54,286 nt of DNA, taken from positions 1 to 54,286 of the IMG/VR virus record IMGVR_UViG_3300045003_000043; one strand, given 5' to 3'. The translations under genes were made by a program, and so were the position numbers. Origin of the DNA: a virus. Lineage: Duplodnaviria > Caudoviricetes. Within the stretch, counting starts at the first letter, position 1. Every line of letters starts with the position of its first letter. Positions 26,030-36,602 of the stretch are shown here, in pieces. The notes under the pieces were generated by a model, which saw nothing but the letters and a program-made list of their open reading frames with translations, was not told where the DNA came from and did no database searches.

Positions 26030-26897
26030 ATCCCATCTCTCCGGGATCCTTTCCGTTTGGGCAGCACGCACGATAAGGACATGGATGCATCCGATCAAAA
26101 CAGCGGCTCAGTTGAATCTCTGGAACCTCAACTGTAGCCGCTATTCTCTTGATCTTGTCATGTGACAGCCTGACATATTCCTCGCTTCGTTCAGGAACTT
26201 CGATATGGAGAATATGGATGGATTCTGCCAAAACACCATCATCAGTCATTGCATCCGTCCACTCCTCACACGTGGCGCGGTCGTGCTCCCTGAAAACTCT
26301 CTCCCAGTTCGCACCAAAGGACTCTCCGTCGCGTTTTCGAAATCTCAAGGTCTTGGCCACCGGGTGCCTCCATGCGGAGGTCCAGGGATTCGTCCATCTT
26401 CCCTTCCTCAGCGCCCCGATCTCGACGACTACTACATCCATTGGAACACCGTAGATGGAACTCTCTCCTTGACCTTCCCAGGCAGTGCGCAGAGACATCT
26501 CCGTCATACCGTCGAATCGATCGACACACTTGACGGACCTAAGACAATCTTCCCTTTCGCTTAGGTACACTCCCGAGTCCCAATCCCTCTTCGAAGGAGC
26601 TGGAACAAATGGATCTCCTATTCGTACTGTCCACACAATCACTTCGGCCAATGCCGCAATATGCTCCGCCAAAGACAGAAGGTCTGTCTCCGGAGTGTCT
26701 ATCGTGCATTCCGTAGCCACTTGCATGGCGTAGTCGGAGGCCGCTTTAGCGTAGTCCTTAGCATTCGTTACCAAGCCGTGGGAGATAGCTCTATTGAGGA
26801 TGTCCTTCGGAGTAAGGGATGGGTATTCCCACCGGAGATCGAAGTAAGCTTTCCTCCGGCAGAAGTCGTCAGATGAGAGGATCGTTGACGTATTCAC
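26004..26897 (-). CDS. Cas4/AddB-like protein with Cys ligands, degenerate nuclease motif
   Basis: N-terminal CRRK..F and C-terminal C-x6-CPYRACC; no clear D..D/ExK. Confidence 0.6.
   Translation of the reverse strand: MNTSTILSSDDFCRRKAYFDLRWEYPSLTPKDILNRAISHGLVTNAKDYAKAASDYAMQVATECTIDTPETDLLSLAEHIAALAEVIVWTVRIGDPFVPAPSKRDWDSGVYLSEREDCLRSVKCVDRFDGMTEMSLRTAWEGQGESSIYGVPMDVVVVEIGALRKGRWTNPWTSAWRHPVAKTLRFRKRDGESFGANWERVFREHDRATCEEWTDAMTDDGVLAESIHILHIEVPERSEEYVRLSHDKIKRIAATVEVPEIQLSRCFDRMHPCPYRACCPNGKDPGEMGFRARNERR
26160..26178. promoter_or_regulatory. Palindrome family A, one-mismatch intragenic copy
   Basis: ATGTGACAGCCTGACATAT. Confidence 0.55.
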
Positions 26898-27919
26898 TTC
26901 GATAGACGGCGGTAAGCCTCGTATCCACCGGCCCCCAAACCAAGTCCCTCCAGCCATCGGGCAGCCGGTTTGGCCAGAAGTTCCTTCGCGTTATCTACAA
27001 ATCGATTTAGCTTGCTGGCCTGAGCATACTCTTTAAGTCCTGAGTAGTAATCTGCCGCCCTCCCAACCTGTGCAGCTGTGTCTCCGATGTCCTGTTTGAG
27101 AGCTGCTACGAGTTGTCCAATCTGGCGCCGCATAGGTGCATTCAGGGTGCTGACATCCTCAGCAGAAAGGCTCGTGAGATTAGAATAGAAGTCTCTCGCC
27201 TCTCTGTACGTCATCGGACGTACAGGACCCTTCTGAAAGAACTGTTTCAGGGTAGGATTCTTCGTCCGTGCCAGAATGCGCGTGATTGCTTTGGAACTCG
27301 GGGAGCCAGCTTCTACCATCTCTCTTACCCGATCTATCTCGGGTGCGGAGCGAATCAAGGTGACAGGAAGATTGTTCGCATCATTAGCGACAGACGAGAG
27401 TATCTTGCCGGCCGCCTCCTTGCTTGGGATAGCCTCTATCGCTAGTTCCGCAGTTGGTCCACCGACAAAAGATCCTGGTATAGTTGCTGTCTCTAGAAGT
27501 CCACTGAGTGCCTTAAGAGAACCTTTTACTGGGTGGTCATGAGCTTCTGCTAATCCCGAGGCCGTCTTGACTAGACCAAGCGGTATGCTCCCCATAAACT
27601 CAGCAGCATCTTTCGAAGTACCGGACTCCATACCGCTGTACCCTTTGTCTCCCCTACCTTGTGCATGCCCCAGAGCGCGGCCGATGAATGTTCTGGAACC
27701 TCCCTGCCTAAGGTCTGCATCGAGGTCATCCAGAAAGCGGGTCACGGATCCACGATCATCACTCTTCATCTGGTGCGATGGGGTGAACGTAGGATTGATG
27801 GGCTGTATCTGAGAAGTATCGAACTTTTGAGGAGCCCCGCCTTCCCCGCTACTCGGGGCATGATCTTCACCCTCAAACGGATGAACCTGAGACATATCGA
27901 ACTTGGCAGGAACCGGCAT
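26894..27919 (-). CDS. Putative DNA ejection / internal virion protein
   Basis: Ala/Gly-rich helical; podovirus synteny. Confidence 0.6.
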   Translation of the reverse strand: MPVPAKFDMSQVHPFEGEDHAPSSGEGGAPQKFDTSQIQPINPTFTPSHQMKSDDRGSVTRFLDDLDADLRQGGSRTFIGRALGHAQGRGDKGYSGMESGTSKDAAEFMGSIPLGLVKTASGLAEAHDHPVKGSLKALSGLLETATIPGSFVGGPTAELAIEAIPSKEAAGKILSSVANDANNLPVTLIRSAPEIDRVREMVEAGSPSSKAITRILARTKNPTLKQFFQKGPVRPMTYREARDFYSNLTSLSAEDVSTLNAPMRRQIGQLVAALKQDIGDTAAQVGRAADYYSGLKEYAQASKLNRFVDNAKELLAKPAARWLEGLGLGAGGYEAYRRLSK

Positions 27920-29418
27920 TATTTAGCTTCTCCAAGGTTGTTTCCCTGCCTGTCCACCCAATACTTCTTTCCCTGGTACTCTACCGTTCCATAGGCGTTC
28001 GTTGGACGATTCCTCATCCCCTGAAGCTGCTTTGTCCGATTCGTCGTGGGAAATGCAGGGCGTCCTTCCTTCGCCGCAGCGTACTGTTCTTCCAGAGCAC
28101 TAAGCTTAGAATCCATCAGATTCGTGTAGTAGCCAATGGCTCCGTTGATCTGGTCTGGAGACATTGCGTTATTGATGGTCTGGTTGATCGTGGAGATTTC
28201 CTGGTCGGTCGCACCGGTACCCTTGAACGTCTTGGACAACTCTCCAGCGACAGCAGCCTTGACGGTCTCGAAATTCGTTGGAGCCGCGTCTCCGGTAGCC
28301 GTGGCGTAGGCATTAGCCAAGCGATTGAATAGTTGGGTATTTCCGTTCTGTAACGCATCAGCCGCCTGCTTGAGAAGTTTCAAGTGGTCGTTGGCCGTGT
28401 TGAAGTAATTGATGTTGGCTCCACCCTGACCGCTCGTCATGTAACGAGTAACCGACTTGTCAGTCTGGAATCCAATAGACGCCGGGGTGTTCGCTCCCAT
28501 TCGAGCAGCATCCCCTGCCCTCATCATCACGACGTTCTCAGGGTTCTGCGGGTCGACCACTGGAATGTAGCGGTTGGCTCCGAACGCCGCCGCTCGTGCT
28601 ACCTGCGGATCGATGTACTTTTTCTTGTTCCAAAGGTCCCAAGCACTCTCAAGGGCCTTATCGTCTGTCGATAGAGGCTGCCCCTGAGCTTTTTTCAGAA
28701 GAACATCCTGATACTTCTGGTCGAATGTCTTCGGCTTGGGAACTGCATTCCTTCCAACAGCAGCCTGCTCCGTCTTCCACTGCTCAAACGTTCCTTTGTA
28801 GTCCGGATTCTTCTGCAGGAAGTCGTCGTAGTCCCGCCGCGCCCGCACATCGCTCGTCTCGGTCGGAGGCTTCTTATTGCGCTCGTCAATCTCCTGCATA
28901 GTGAGATCGTGACGGGCCTGCGCAGCCTTACCCTCGGGCGTAAGCTCATACGGAACCACGCCAGCACCCGATGCGGAAGCCATGTCCCGGTTCTGCTGTG
29001 CGTACTGGTTCGCCTTGTCGGTCTGCTTCTCGGCAAGATGACCATGAAGGTCGCGGGTAATGTGCAGTTTATCCAGCAGGGACGCCGCCGCCGACTTGAG
29101 ACGACCGGGGTCTTCCTGTGGGGCCTTGTCCCCCATCAGCGAGCGCATCTTTCCGATCGTATCGGCCATGCGGTTTAGGGTTGTTTCGTAGTCTTGCTCG
29201 TGCCCCTGAAGAGGATCCAGCGTCTTCGGGTCGACGTACGAGGCGAGACGCAGACGATCTGCCTGCAACTGCTGAGACAGGGGGCCGATCTTTACCTGTA
29301 GAGCGTCCTGTTCCTGCTGACGGCGCCGCGCCTCTGCATCGGCTACCTGCTGGACTCCAGACTGGCTGCCGGCAGCCGCATCGAATCCCCCGAGAAGTCC
29401 TCGCGCAAAGCCCCCCAT
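27919..29418 (-). CDS. Putative DNA ejection / internal virion protein
   Basis: MGGFARGLLGGF start; Gln/Ala-rich helices. Confidence 0.65.
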   Translation of the reverse strand: MGGFARGLLGGFDAAAGSQSGVQQVADAEARRRQQEQDALQVKIGPLSQQLQADRLRLASYVDPKTLDPLQGHEQDYETTLNRMADTIGKMRSLMGDKAPQEDPGRLKSAAASLLDKLHITRDLHGHLAEKQTDKANQYAQQNRDMASASGAGVVPYELTPEGKAAQARHDLTMQEIDERNKKPPTETSDVRARRDYDDFLQKNPDYKGTFEQWKTEQAAVGRNAVPKPKTFDQKYQDVLLKKAQGQPLSTDDKALESAWDLWNKKKYIDPQVARAAAFGANRYIPVVDPQNPENVVMMRAGDAARMGANTPASIGFQTDKSVTRYMTSGQGGANINYFNTANDHLKLLKQAADALQNGNTQLFNRLANAYATATGDAAPTNFETVKAAVAGELSKTFKGTGATDQEISTINQTINNAMSPDQINGAIGYYTNLMDSKLSALEEQYAAAKEGRPAFPTTNRTKQLQGMRNRPTNAYGTVEYQGKKYWVDRQGNNLGEAK

Positions 29419-29924
29419 TAGATGACTCCCGCTCCGGTCAGAGCTCCCGTTGCGACGTCACCGATGCTTTTAAAGATGTCATTCCACTTCGAAGCTCTCT
29501 GATCCGCCATCGTCTTTGCCTGGCTGAATGCGTTACCGAATCCTGACATACCCGTCCCAAGCAGATATTCTCCGGTGCTGTTGAGTCCAGATAAGGCGGT
29601 TCCAGTAAGGTTCGACACCAGATCATTTACTCCCTGACGAGTGGTATCCCCGATCCTCTGCATGGCGGCATTCGTTCCTCCACCTCGGTTACCGAACTGT
29701 GCAGCCGTCTCCTTCTGCTGCTGCCCCTGCTGTGTAATAGCGCGGATCTGAGGCCCCAGAACCTGTCCAATCTTCGTCGGGTCTCCTGACAGAATAGCCT
29801 GCATGAACTGGGTCGATGTCCCGATGTCCTGCATCCCCTGATTCGCAGACCATCCAGCCGTACCAAAGGTGGACTGGTAAGCCTGATTTTCCTCGCTCGA
29901 AGGTCCCATCCCAATCCCGAACAT
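29418..29924 (-). CDS. Putative pilot/ejection protein
   Basis: G/Q/A-rich; GNRGGGTNAA. Confidence 0.6.
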   Translation of the reverse strand: MFGIGMGPSSEENQAYQSTFGTAGWSANQGMQDIGTSTQFMQAILSGDPTKIGQVLGPQIRAITQQGQQQKETAAQFGNRGGGTNAAMQRIGDTTRQGVNDLVSNLTGTALSGLNSTGEYLLGTGMSGFGNAFSQAKTMADQRASKWNDIFKSIGDVATGALTGAGVI

Positions 29925-29982
29925 ATTCTCAACCTCGCTTATATTCTATGCGTATTTGCTGAAATCCAGCACATTTTTGCAA

Positions 29983-30825
29983 TTAGTAATACTCGATCCA
30001 GTTACCAACACCCGTGATAGCCCCTGAGGACGTGATCTGGTAGAAATAATTATTCGGAACGGTGAAGTTAAATCCCGCAAATCCTGCGCTTATCGTAGCG
30101 GTATACTCGTTTCCCCATACCGCGAGTAGAGGGGGTGACGTTACTCCAACGAGAGCGTTTAGGTGACCTACTGAAGAACCTCGCGTTGTCGCCCACCCCG
30201 TGACGATCATCTCCGTTCCCGTCGTGTTCTGGTAAATCGTGTTCAGCGACCTCGTCCCAGTAACGATATGCGGTGTTCGGGAAAACGTTCCGCCTCCGGA
30301 TGGCTCCGTAAATGCCCAGAAGTTAGTTCCATCGAAGGCTATGATCGCGCTGCTACCTCCGTTGAGTGGCATCGAGGCAGCACCGGGGTTGTTGGCATAG
30401 CTGATCGTTCCGGACTGCGGGGTAATCGTTGCATTTCCCGTACCCTGATTCGTCACGAAGACGATCCAAGGGGATTTGATAGAGGTTGATAACGTCACCG
30501 CTATTCCCGTTGGGCTGCTGAGCACCAGAAGAGCCGTATTGTCTGTAGGAGACGTCGTGTAACTCGTCACCCCGCTCTGGTTGTTCACCGCTCCGATCGA
30601 CAATACCGGGGGAGGAGGCGGAGCCGGAGGCGTGACTGGACTAGATTGACCACCATTGATGATTACCGTCTTCCCTTTTCCTCCGGCCGCTGCTCCGATC
30701 ATAGAGAAAGCTTGTGCGTGATTGTTCAACTTCTCGTAGATGAGCTGGAGGTGATACCTCACCGCATCAGGAACGCTCGGATCAACCTTCGGGTAATAGG
30801 ATTGCTGTCCGGTAGTGTTCGCCAT
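29983..30825 (-). CDS. Short tail fibre/needle-like protein
   Basis: FDGTNFW; RSLNTIYQNTTG...VPNNYFY fibre-tip pattern. Confidence 0.7.
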   Translation of the reverse strand: MANTTGQQSYYPKVDPSVPDAVRYHLQLIYEKLNNHAQAFSMIGAAAGGKGKTVIINGGQSSPVTPPAPPPPPVLSIGAVNNQSGVTSYTTSPTDNTALLVLSSPTGIAVTLSTSIKSPWIVFVTNQGTGNATITPQSGTISYANNPGAASMPLNGGSSAIIAFDGTNFWAFTEPSGGGTFSRTPHIVTGTRSLNTIYQNTTGTEMIVTGWATTRGSSVGHLNALVGVTSPPLLAVWGNEYTATISAGFAGFNFTVPNNYFYQITSSGAITGVGNWIEYY

Positions 30826-33800
30826 CTATAGCTCCGCGCCAGGCTGGTTTTGTCCCCCAAAGGGACGGATGATCTGATAGGATCCTGTACTTCCCCACTC
30901 CTTGATTGCAACCTCGCAGTCAGGCTGGAAGATATTGAAAGGAGCACTAGAACTGACTTTGAAACTCACTAGTTTGAATTTGCAGCTCCCAACCGAAGAA
31001 GACGCAGGAAGAGTCTGGAATACCTTATCCTGTTTACCCCCAGTACTCGGGAACGTAAGCGTTATGACTCCTCCGGTGTTGAATGTCAACGTCAACGTCA
31101 CAGGAGTGGTTGCAGCATAGGACAGGTTGATCCAAGGGATATGGAGCCATCCCTTCAGTCCGAAAGAAAGCATCTCCGACTCCCAGTCGGAAACTGACTC
31201 GGGAAACGGCTTGTATACCCATTCGCTCACGTCCGTCCAGATGCGTGCATTAGACTGCGGAACAAGTTGGATATCATGCGCCATGAACGGAGGCCAAGAG
31301 AACGCCTTCGTCTGCTTTCCATTGAAATCCGCAGTGAACGTAGGTCCGACCTGACCGCCGTCATAGAGAATCTGGAAGGTAACCGGAACATTGCCCGTAT
31401 CTGCGGTCAGCTTGATTCCCTGGACGAACTTATTGTCCGGCCCCCCGATTTCCATAATGGCCGTGTACTGGGGAGTAATCTCCGGATAGGCGTCGAAGAT
31501 CCACTGTATCTCCTCGCTCCATATCCCCGCATTCGACAAGCACTGGATTTGCACCTCATGAGCCACGATAGGTGGAGTGAACGCGAAGGAAACTGGAGTC
31601 TTTTGAGCTCCCGGAGTATTTGCGGTAAACGTTACGCTGGCGCCGTCCGATGTCACGACGCGGAACTGTGCAGGAGCTCCGTTTGTGTCCATCGGAACGA
31701 TGACTCCACGCATATACTTCGCTCCGTCTGTCCCGAGATTCGACCACGCGCTATACAGAGGCGTGTATTCCGGCCACGGGTCTACGATCCACTTGACACC
31801 CCAATAGCGCCACGGAACTCCATCCGTCGATATCACGCGCAACATGTGACCTACGAACGGGGTAAACGTAAAGGGTACAATCGTCTGAACGTTTACGGTA
31901 ACGCTGGCCTGCGCAGGAGCGATGATGGAAAGGTCGTCGCTCCGCTGCACACGGATGGCCTTCGCTGCGTTTAAGCTGTCCATTTCAACCGACATGCCGC
32001 GAATGAGCTTATTCCCCGCTACTCCGCAATCATCCCAGTCCAAAGGACGATCCTGGATAATTTCGGGAAGATCTGTCCAGTCGGGTTGCCATAGGTCTAG
32101 TTGGTTTCCGCTCCCCACCGGCCACGATGCTTCGAGAGCGATGTCGTCAACATCGTTTCCTAAGCCAGACACGAAGTCAACGATGTAGCTATGGAGCGAT
32201 CCGGTACCGGTCAGCGATGTTGGGGAGAATCCAGAAAGAGGAACCGTCAAGCGGGACTGCCAAAGAGCGATAGAGAATGGATTCGAGTTTGTTGCGAGTG
32301 CCTTAATGAATACATCTCCGATACGCTTGAGAGCTCTGGAATCTCCGGAATTCTCAGACCGAGTCATCACGATGGCCGTTGATGCCTCCCCTCCACCGTT
32401 AGCCATCGCTCGAATCGTTCCGTCGACGCATCCGCACAGCGTCTGGTTTACCTGCCCCATCTGCCAGAGATGGCAGTTCACGGCCGGGCTATAGCTGTCG
32501 ACACTCCATCCCTTCCCCTCTATGTCATAGACCAGCGTCCTCGGAGTCCCGTTGATGTCCTGGTAGTTGTAATAGATGTACCCAACCGAGATCGTAATGG
32601 TCTGCGCATTAGGTTTCGTATCGTCTGGAGGATACACCGTCTTATCGCCAATAGTTACCGGCTGCGGGGTCGTATAGACTCCCGGAATAGGTCCCTCATG
32701 GGGAAACAGGTTATAGATGTCCTCCGTGATTGACTGCTCAGGTCCTCCTCCCATCGATATGGCGATACAGTCCTTCGCTCGATACGCAATCATCGATCCT
32801 TGAGCTGCGATAGCGTACCGCATATAGAGACCGCGAGTCGCAGCCGACTGGATAAGTCCCCACTGTTGCCCAACTACTCCTGTGACCGTAGCCACTGCAT
32901 CAGCAAAGTTGGGAATGATCAGCCAGAACCGCTCCGTGGAAAATACGGTCGAAAGTTCAGAGGTAATCGTACCGTTTTGCAGCGGCTCTCCAGGACTGGT
33001 CACATTCAATCGGTTCGTATCAGGAGCCGCGTCGAAATTGTTACCTTTGCACCAGACCAAATCACCAGTATTGAGTGGATCCAGTCCAAAGAAGAACGAT
33101 CCCTGGTTCTCTGGAGTGGGTCCCCAGATAACCGGGGATGGCTGTGCAGCTAGAATAGGCTGCGCGATTTCGTAACCCAGTCCAGTAGATGGAGAAGGTA
33201 ATGTCGTGGTCAGGATAACGGTAAGGTGCGTGCTATCCGTGGGTCTGTTGTATAGCGTATAAGCGACGGTACCAATGACCATGACCGTTCCAGGGAGCCA
33301 GCGAGTATTGAACTGATCCCCGCTCACCCATGTCACGTCCATCGTTCCCTGTACCGCTCCTGTTGCCACATTGACCGTACCTCTCCGAGGAATATCGATA
33401 GACGGGAATGGCTCGTAGTTGTCAAACTGAAGTATCGGATTATTGATCGCAGCAAGGTCACTCAGGATATCCGAAAATGGAACTGCCGCATTAGGTCCGG
33501 TACCAACGTAGGTAAAGTCCGTGAGAGATCCTCCGAACCGATAGAAGTCGATTTTGTCGACCTGAGGGTCAGAAGAGGGCTGTGGAGTGATCACAGCATT
33601 CTGAGTCGAGTAATAGACCGTGATCGTGAAGTAGTCGAGGAAGCTACGTTCTGTGCTACCCACCATCTGAGTAGTGATTTGGACGCCAAAACCGAAACTT
33701 GGGTCGTTGAGGATATCCGGGGTAAGAGTCGCTCCCCATTGATCGGAGTTCCCACCCTGAAGCGTATCTATCGTATACGACTGGTTTTGCACACCGGGGA

Positions 33801-34677
33801 ATTTGGCTTTTCCTAACTGATTTCCCTGATAGAACAATGCAACTGCAGAAAGCACACCAGTACCAGCATTCTGACCAACCCAGTTGAGGTCGATCTGGAT
33901 GCCATCGATATTCACTCCCTCAGGAATAGACAATCCAAAGTTGTGAGCGATCACATAGTCCGTAGTTATTCCCGGACCTACTCCTCCCTTGGTACGCAAC
34001 TGTGGGGCTACGTACTCCCACTGAGAGGAGTTAAATGTTATCTTCGTCGCATAATCAGACGCATTGACAGTCGCAAAAGGACTACTCTGCGCATTCGTTC
34101 CCGGAATCGACTCAGGAGAAGGATTGGATGGAGCTCCAGTTACAGAAGATCGATATACATATCGATAAAGGATCTGAACTACTCCCGATCCTCCACCTCC
34201 GAATGAAACGGAAGGAGCAGTCTGAGGTTCCGCAATCCCCGCTTTCCATACGGTACCGTCAGAACGAACCTTCCATATTCCAGTTGGATCTCCGACCCAG
34301 CACCACGGCTGAGGGCTGGCATTCGGACGGGAAGTCATATAGCTGAGAGGATTGCCAGAGAGACCGGACTTTACCTGGGTAGCGTTGACGTACATATTTC
34401 CGGCAGCGCCACTGATCAGGACGTATCCAGAGGGTGGACCCGCTGGCGTTGCATCATTCAGCCGGGTCATGGAGGTTACACCGGCCGGAAGGGCGGAAGA
34501 CAATACGTTACTTCCTAATGGAGTACGCCCGACAATGCGTCCTTTCAGATATCGTCTTACGTTCTGGAGGAAGGGATATTTTCCGCGCTGAATAGCATCA
34601 GTCGGCGCAACGGTATTCATTCCGCCCTGGATGTCAAAGCGGATTCCGTCTTTTTCCCTTTGATACTCTTGAGCCAT
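30826..34677 (-). CDS. Large tail protein (nozzle / tubular protein B-like)
   Basis: GGMNT...QNVR start, beta-rich, TLVYD...WS; position after adaptor. Confidence 0.7.
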   Translation of the reverse strand: MAQEYQREKDGIRFDIQGGMNTVAPTDAIQRGKYPFLQNVRRYLKGRIVGRTPLGSNVLSSALPAGVTSMTRLNDATPAGPPSGYVLISGAAGNMYVNATQVKSGLSGNPLSYMTSRPNASPQPWCWVGDPTGIWKVRSDGTVWKAGIAEPQTAPSVSFGGGGSGVVQILYRYVYRSSVTGAPSNPSPESIPGTNAQSSPFATVNASDYATKITFNSSQWEYVAPQLRTKGGVGPGITTDYVIAHNFGLSIPEGVNIDGIQIDLNWVGQNAGTGVLSAVALFYQGNQLGKAKFPGVQNQSYTIDTLQGGNSDQWGATLTPDILNDPSFGFGVQITTQMVGSTERSFLDYFTITVYYSTQNAVITPQPSSDPQVDKIDFYRFGGSLTDFTYVGTGPNAAVPFSDILSDLAAINNPILQFDNYEPFPSIDIPRRGTVNVATGAVQGTMDVTWVSGDQFNTRWLPGTVMVIGTVAYTLYNRPTDSTHLTVILTTTLPSPSTGLGYEIAQPILAAQPSPVIWGPTPENQGSFFFGLDPLNTGDLVWCKGNNFDAAPDTNRLNVTSPGEPLQNGTITSELSTVFSTERFWLIIPNFADAVATVTGVVGQQWGLIQSAATRGLYMRYAIAAQGSMIAYRAKDCIAISMGGGPEQSITEDIYNLFPHEGPIPGVYTTPQPVTIGDKTVYPPDDTKPNAQTITISVGYIYYNYQDINGTPRTLVYDIEGKGWSVDSYSPAVNCHLWQMGQVNQTLCGCVDGTIRAMANGGGEASTAIVMTRSENSGDSRALKRIGDVFIKALATNSNPFSIALWQSRLTVPLSGFSPTSLTGTGSLHSYIVDFVSGLGNDVDDIALEASWPVGSGNQLDLWQPDWTDLPEIIQDRPLDWDDCGVAGNKLIRGMSVEMDSLNAAKAIRVQRSDDLSIIAPAQASVTVNVQTIVPFTFTPFVGHMLRVISTDGVPWRYWGVKWIVDPWPEYTPLYSAWSNLGTDGAKYMRGVIVPMDTNGAPAQFRVVTSDGASVTFTANTPGAQKTPVSFAFTPPIVAHEVQIQCLSNAGIWSEEIQWIFDAYPEITPQYTAIMEIGGPDNKFVQGIKLTADTGNVPVTFQILYDGGQVGPTFTADFNGKQTKAFSWPPFMAHDIQLVPQSNARIWTDVSEWVYKPFPESVSDWESEMLSFGLKGWLHIPWINLSYAATTPVTLTLTFNTGGVITLTFPSTGGKQDKVFQTLPASSSVGSCKFKLVSFKVSSSAPFNIFQPDCEVAIKEWGSTGSYQIIRPFGGQNQPGAEL

Positions 34678-35112
34678 CTACCCTCTTTTTGTGTACCCAC
34701 GTTTTCTGGATTTCGGTTTTCCGCGCTTGATGTTTCCGTGCTTAGCTATACCGAGTAATCGCTTCCCGAGTTCCCCTCTTGATCGGATTCTCTTGTTAGG
34801 AGAATTCGATTCGACCTCGGCCTCCTCTTTCGTGGACCTTCCGTTTTTTCTTGCGGCCTCTTTGAGAGCACCTGGATGTTTGATTGCGCTTTGCAAAAAC
34901 TTCTCTTTCGGCATGATCTTCTCCCTTCCGGTTACATCACGTGTGCTGCGCATGTACTTTTTCCCTCTGTTCTTCGAGAGCCTTCTTGATTCTCTCCAAT
35001 CGTTCCTGACGTCGATGTACAGATCCCTGATCTTCTCTCTCGTCGACGGCTTCTCTCCATGCCTGCGATCGATCACGTCTTTGGATATCGGATAGTTCTT
35101 CGGGACCTTCAT
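34678..35112 (-). CDS. Highly basic virion-associated protein
   Basis: AIKHPGAL motif; K/R-rich; ATGA overlap. Confidence 0.6.
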   Translation of the reverse strand: MKVPKNYPISKDVIDRRHGEKPSTREKIRDLYIDVRNDWRESRRLSKNRGKKYMRSTRDVTGREKIMPKEKFLQSAIKHPGALKEAARKNGRSTKEEAEVESNSPNKRIRSRGELGKRLLGIAKHGNIKRGKPKSRKRGYTKRG

Positions 35113-36584
35113 CGCGGCACCTGTATCTCCTCTCTCTGACCTTGCGTCTTGAGGACATCGACGAAGATTCCGTACGACAGAAGTCGTCTGTTTACGCTTA
35201 CCGCAGAGCGGTAGAAGTCCTGCAGCAAACCGGATGTGCTCTCGAACTCGGCGCCAAACTGCTTGAATACGCAGAGATGATGGGCATAGTTGATGACAGA
35301 CTCCCAATCATCACGACTCACCTGAACATAGGTACCGGTGCTATCAAGCAATGGAGCATTCGCCAACAACGACAAAGACAAGGATTGTCCCATTCCATAA
35401 GAAGCAGCGAGGAAATCGACTCCTGCCTGGATCAACATAGGTAGGACATTCTGATTTTGCTGCCATTCCGGAGAGTAGTCGTCCATCTCCTTGAGTGACG
35501 GAGTATCGACCGGAACATTATTGATGCTAGCCTGCAACAGCCAGTTGGCGTTCTTGAATGCTTCTAGACCTTGGGTGTACCGTGCAAGGCAATAGGCAGC
35601 ACGTTGGCGATCGGTGGCCTCGGCCTCCTTGCTGAGAACATCGGATAATGCACCGTACATCGGTAGCCAGCTCCAATCGTCAGGGACTCCCAGAAGCGAT
35701 GGATTAGGGGGATTAAAATTTGGTCCGGACACTAGAGCCAAAACGTCATATTGTCCTTCTGTGCTCGGAGCAATATCCACGTCGAACGCGATCGGAGGCT
35801 CGCTGGCTACGCTCCACGAATATGGAGTCCCATTCTCCTGAAGGTAATCAGGCTCGAACCACTGGAATCCCTGTGTATCTTCTCTCGTCAAGGTAATCGG
35901 CTGAGCGAATTGCAGTGGGGTTGCGTTTAGAGTTCCTGAAGTTGGCTGCGATATAGAAACGGAATTCCCACTGATACCGATTACAAATGTCCCCGAGACA
36001 ATTCCAGATCCTATGACCACCTGACCGATTGCTATTCCCTGAACAGACACCACAGATATTGACTGCGATCCCTGCGTTGCCGTTCCAGTGGTGTTCGCCA
36101 ATACTCCCATATATCTAATCCGTCTCGGTTCGAGAACGGTGTCGGGAAGTACCGAACGATTAGTTCCTGGAGTTGCGTTAATTGGATTGAGCTGCACCAG
36201 ATTGCATGCGGTTGCCTGTATAACTTCCTGGGTCCTCTTCTGCAATGCCGATTGGAGAGATAGGATGTCAAACTGCGAAGTTCCAGTCCAGGTTCCTCCA
36301 GAGGGAGGTTCCAAGAGCATGTACTCCATCTGAGTGTAAAGGTTGATGTCTGTCTGAGTACGTAGGCGTGGCGATCCAGACTGCGTTCCGAGGTTTATCC
36401 ATGCCCCGTTTGCATTAGGGACCACGAATTCCTTGTTCCACTGTTCCGTGAATGAGTTCCATACTCTCAATGCTTCGGTGATATAGATCCACAATTCAGC
36501 GGTTGTCCAGAACTGACTATTGGAGAGTCGATTCTGAAGCTGAGCGATAGCTGAGGATTGAGTCAACCAAGAGTATGTCGGCAT
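35109..36584 (-). CDS. Head-tail adaptor / tubular protein A-like
   Basis: FWTTAELWIYITEALR; position. Confidence 0.6.
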   Translation of the reverse strand: MPTYSWLTQSSAIAQLQNRLSNSQFWTTAELWIYITEALRVWNSFTEQWNKEFVVPNANGAWINLGTQSGSPRLRTQTDINLYTQMEYMLLEPPSGGTWTGTSQFDILSLQSALQKRTQEVIQATACNLVQLNPINATPGTNRSVLPDTVLEPRRIRYMGVLANTTGTATQGSQSISVVSVQGIAIGQVVIGSGIVSGTFVIGISGNSVSISQPTSGTLNATPLQFAQPITLTREDTQGFQWFEPDYLQENGTPYSWSVASEPPIAFDVDIAPSTEGQYDVLALVSGPNFNPPNPSLLGVPDDWSWLPMYGALSDVLSKEAEATDRQRAAYCLARYTQGLEAFKNANWLLQASINNVPVDTPSLKEMDDYSPEWQQNQNVLPMLIQAGVDFLAASYGMGQSLSLSLLANAPLLDSTGTYVQVSRDDWESVINYAHHLCVFKQFGAEFESTSGLLQDFYRSAVSVNRRLLSYGIFVDVLKTQGQREEIQVPR

Positions 36585-36602
36585 CCACGCCTACTTTCAG
36601 GA

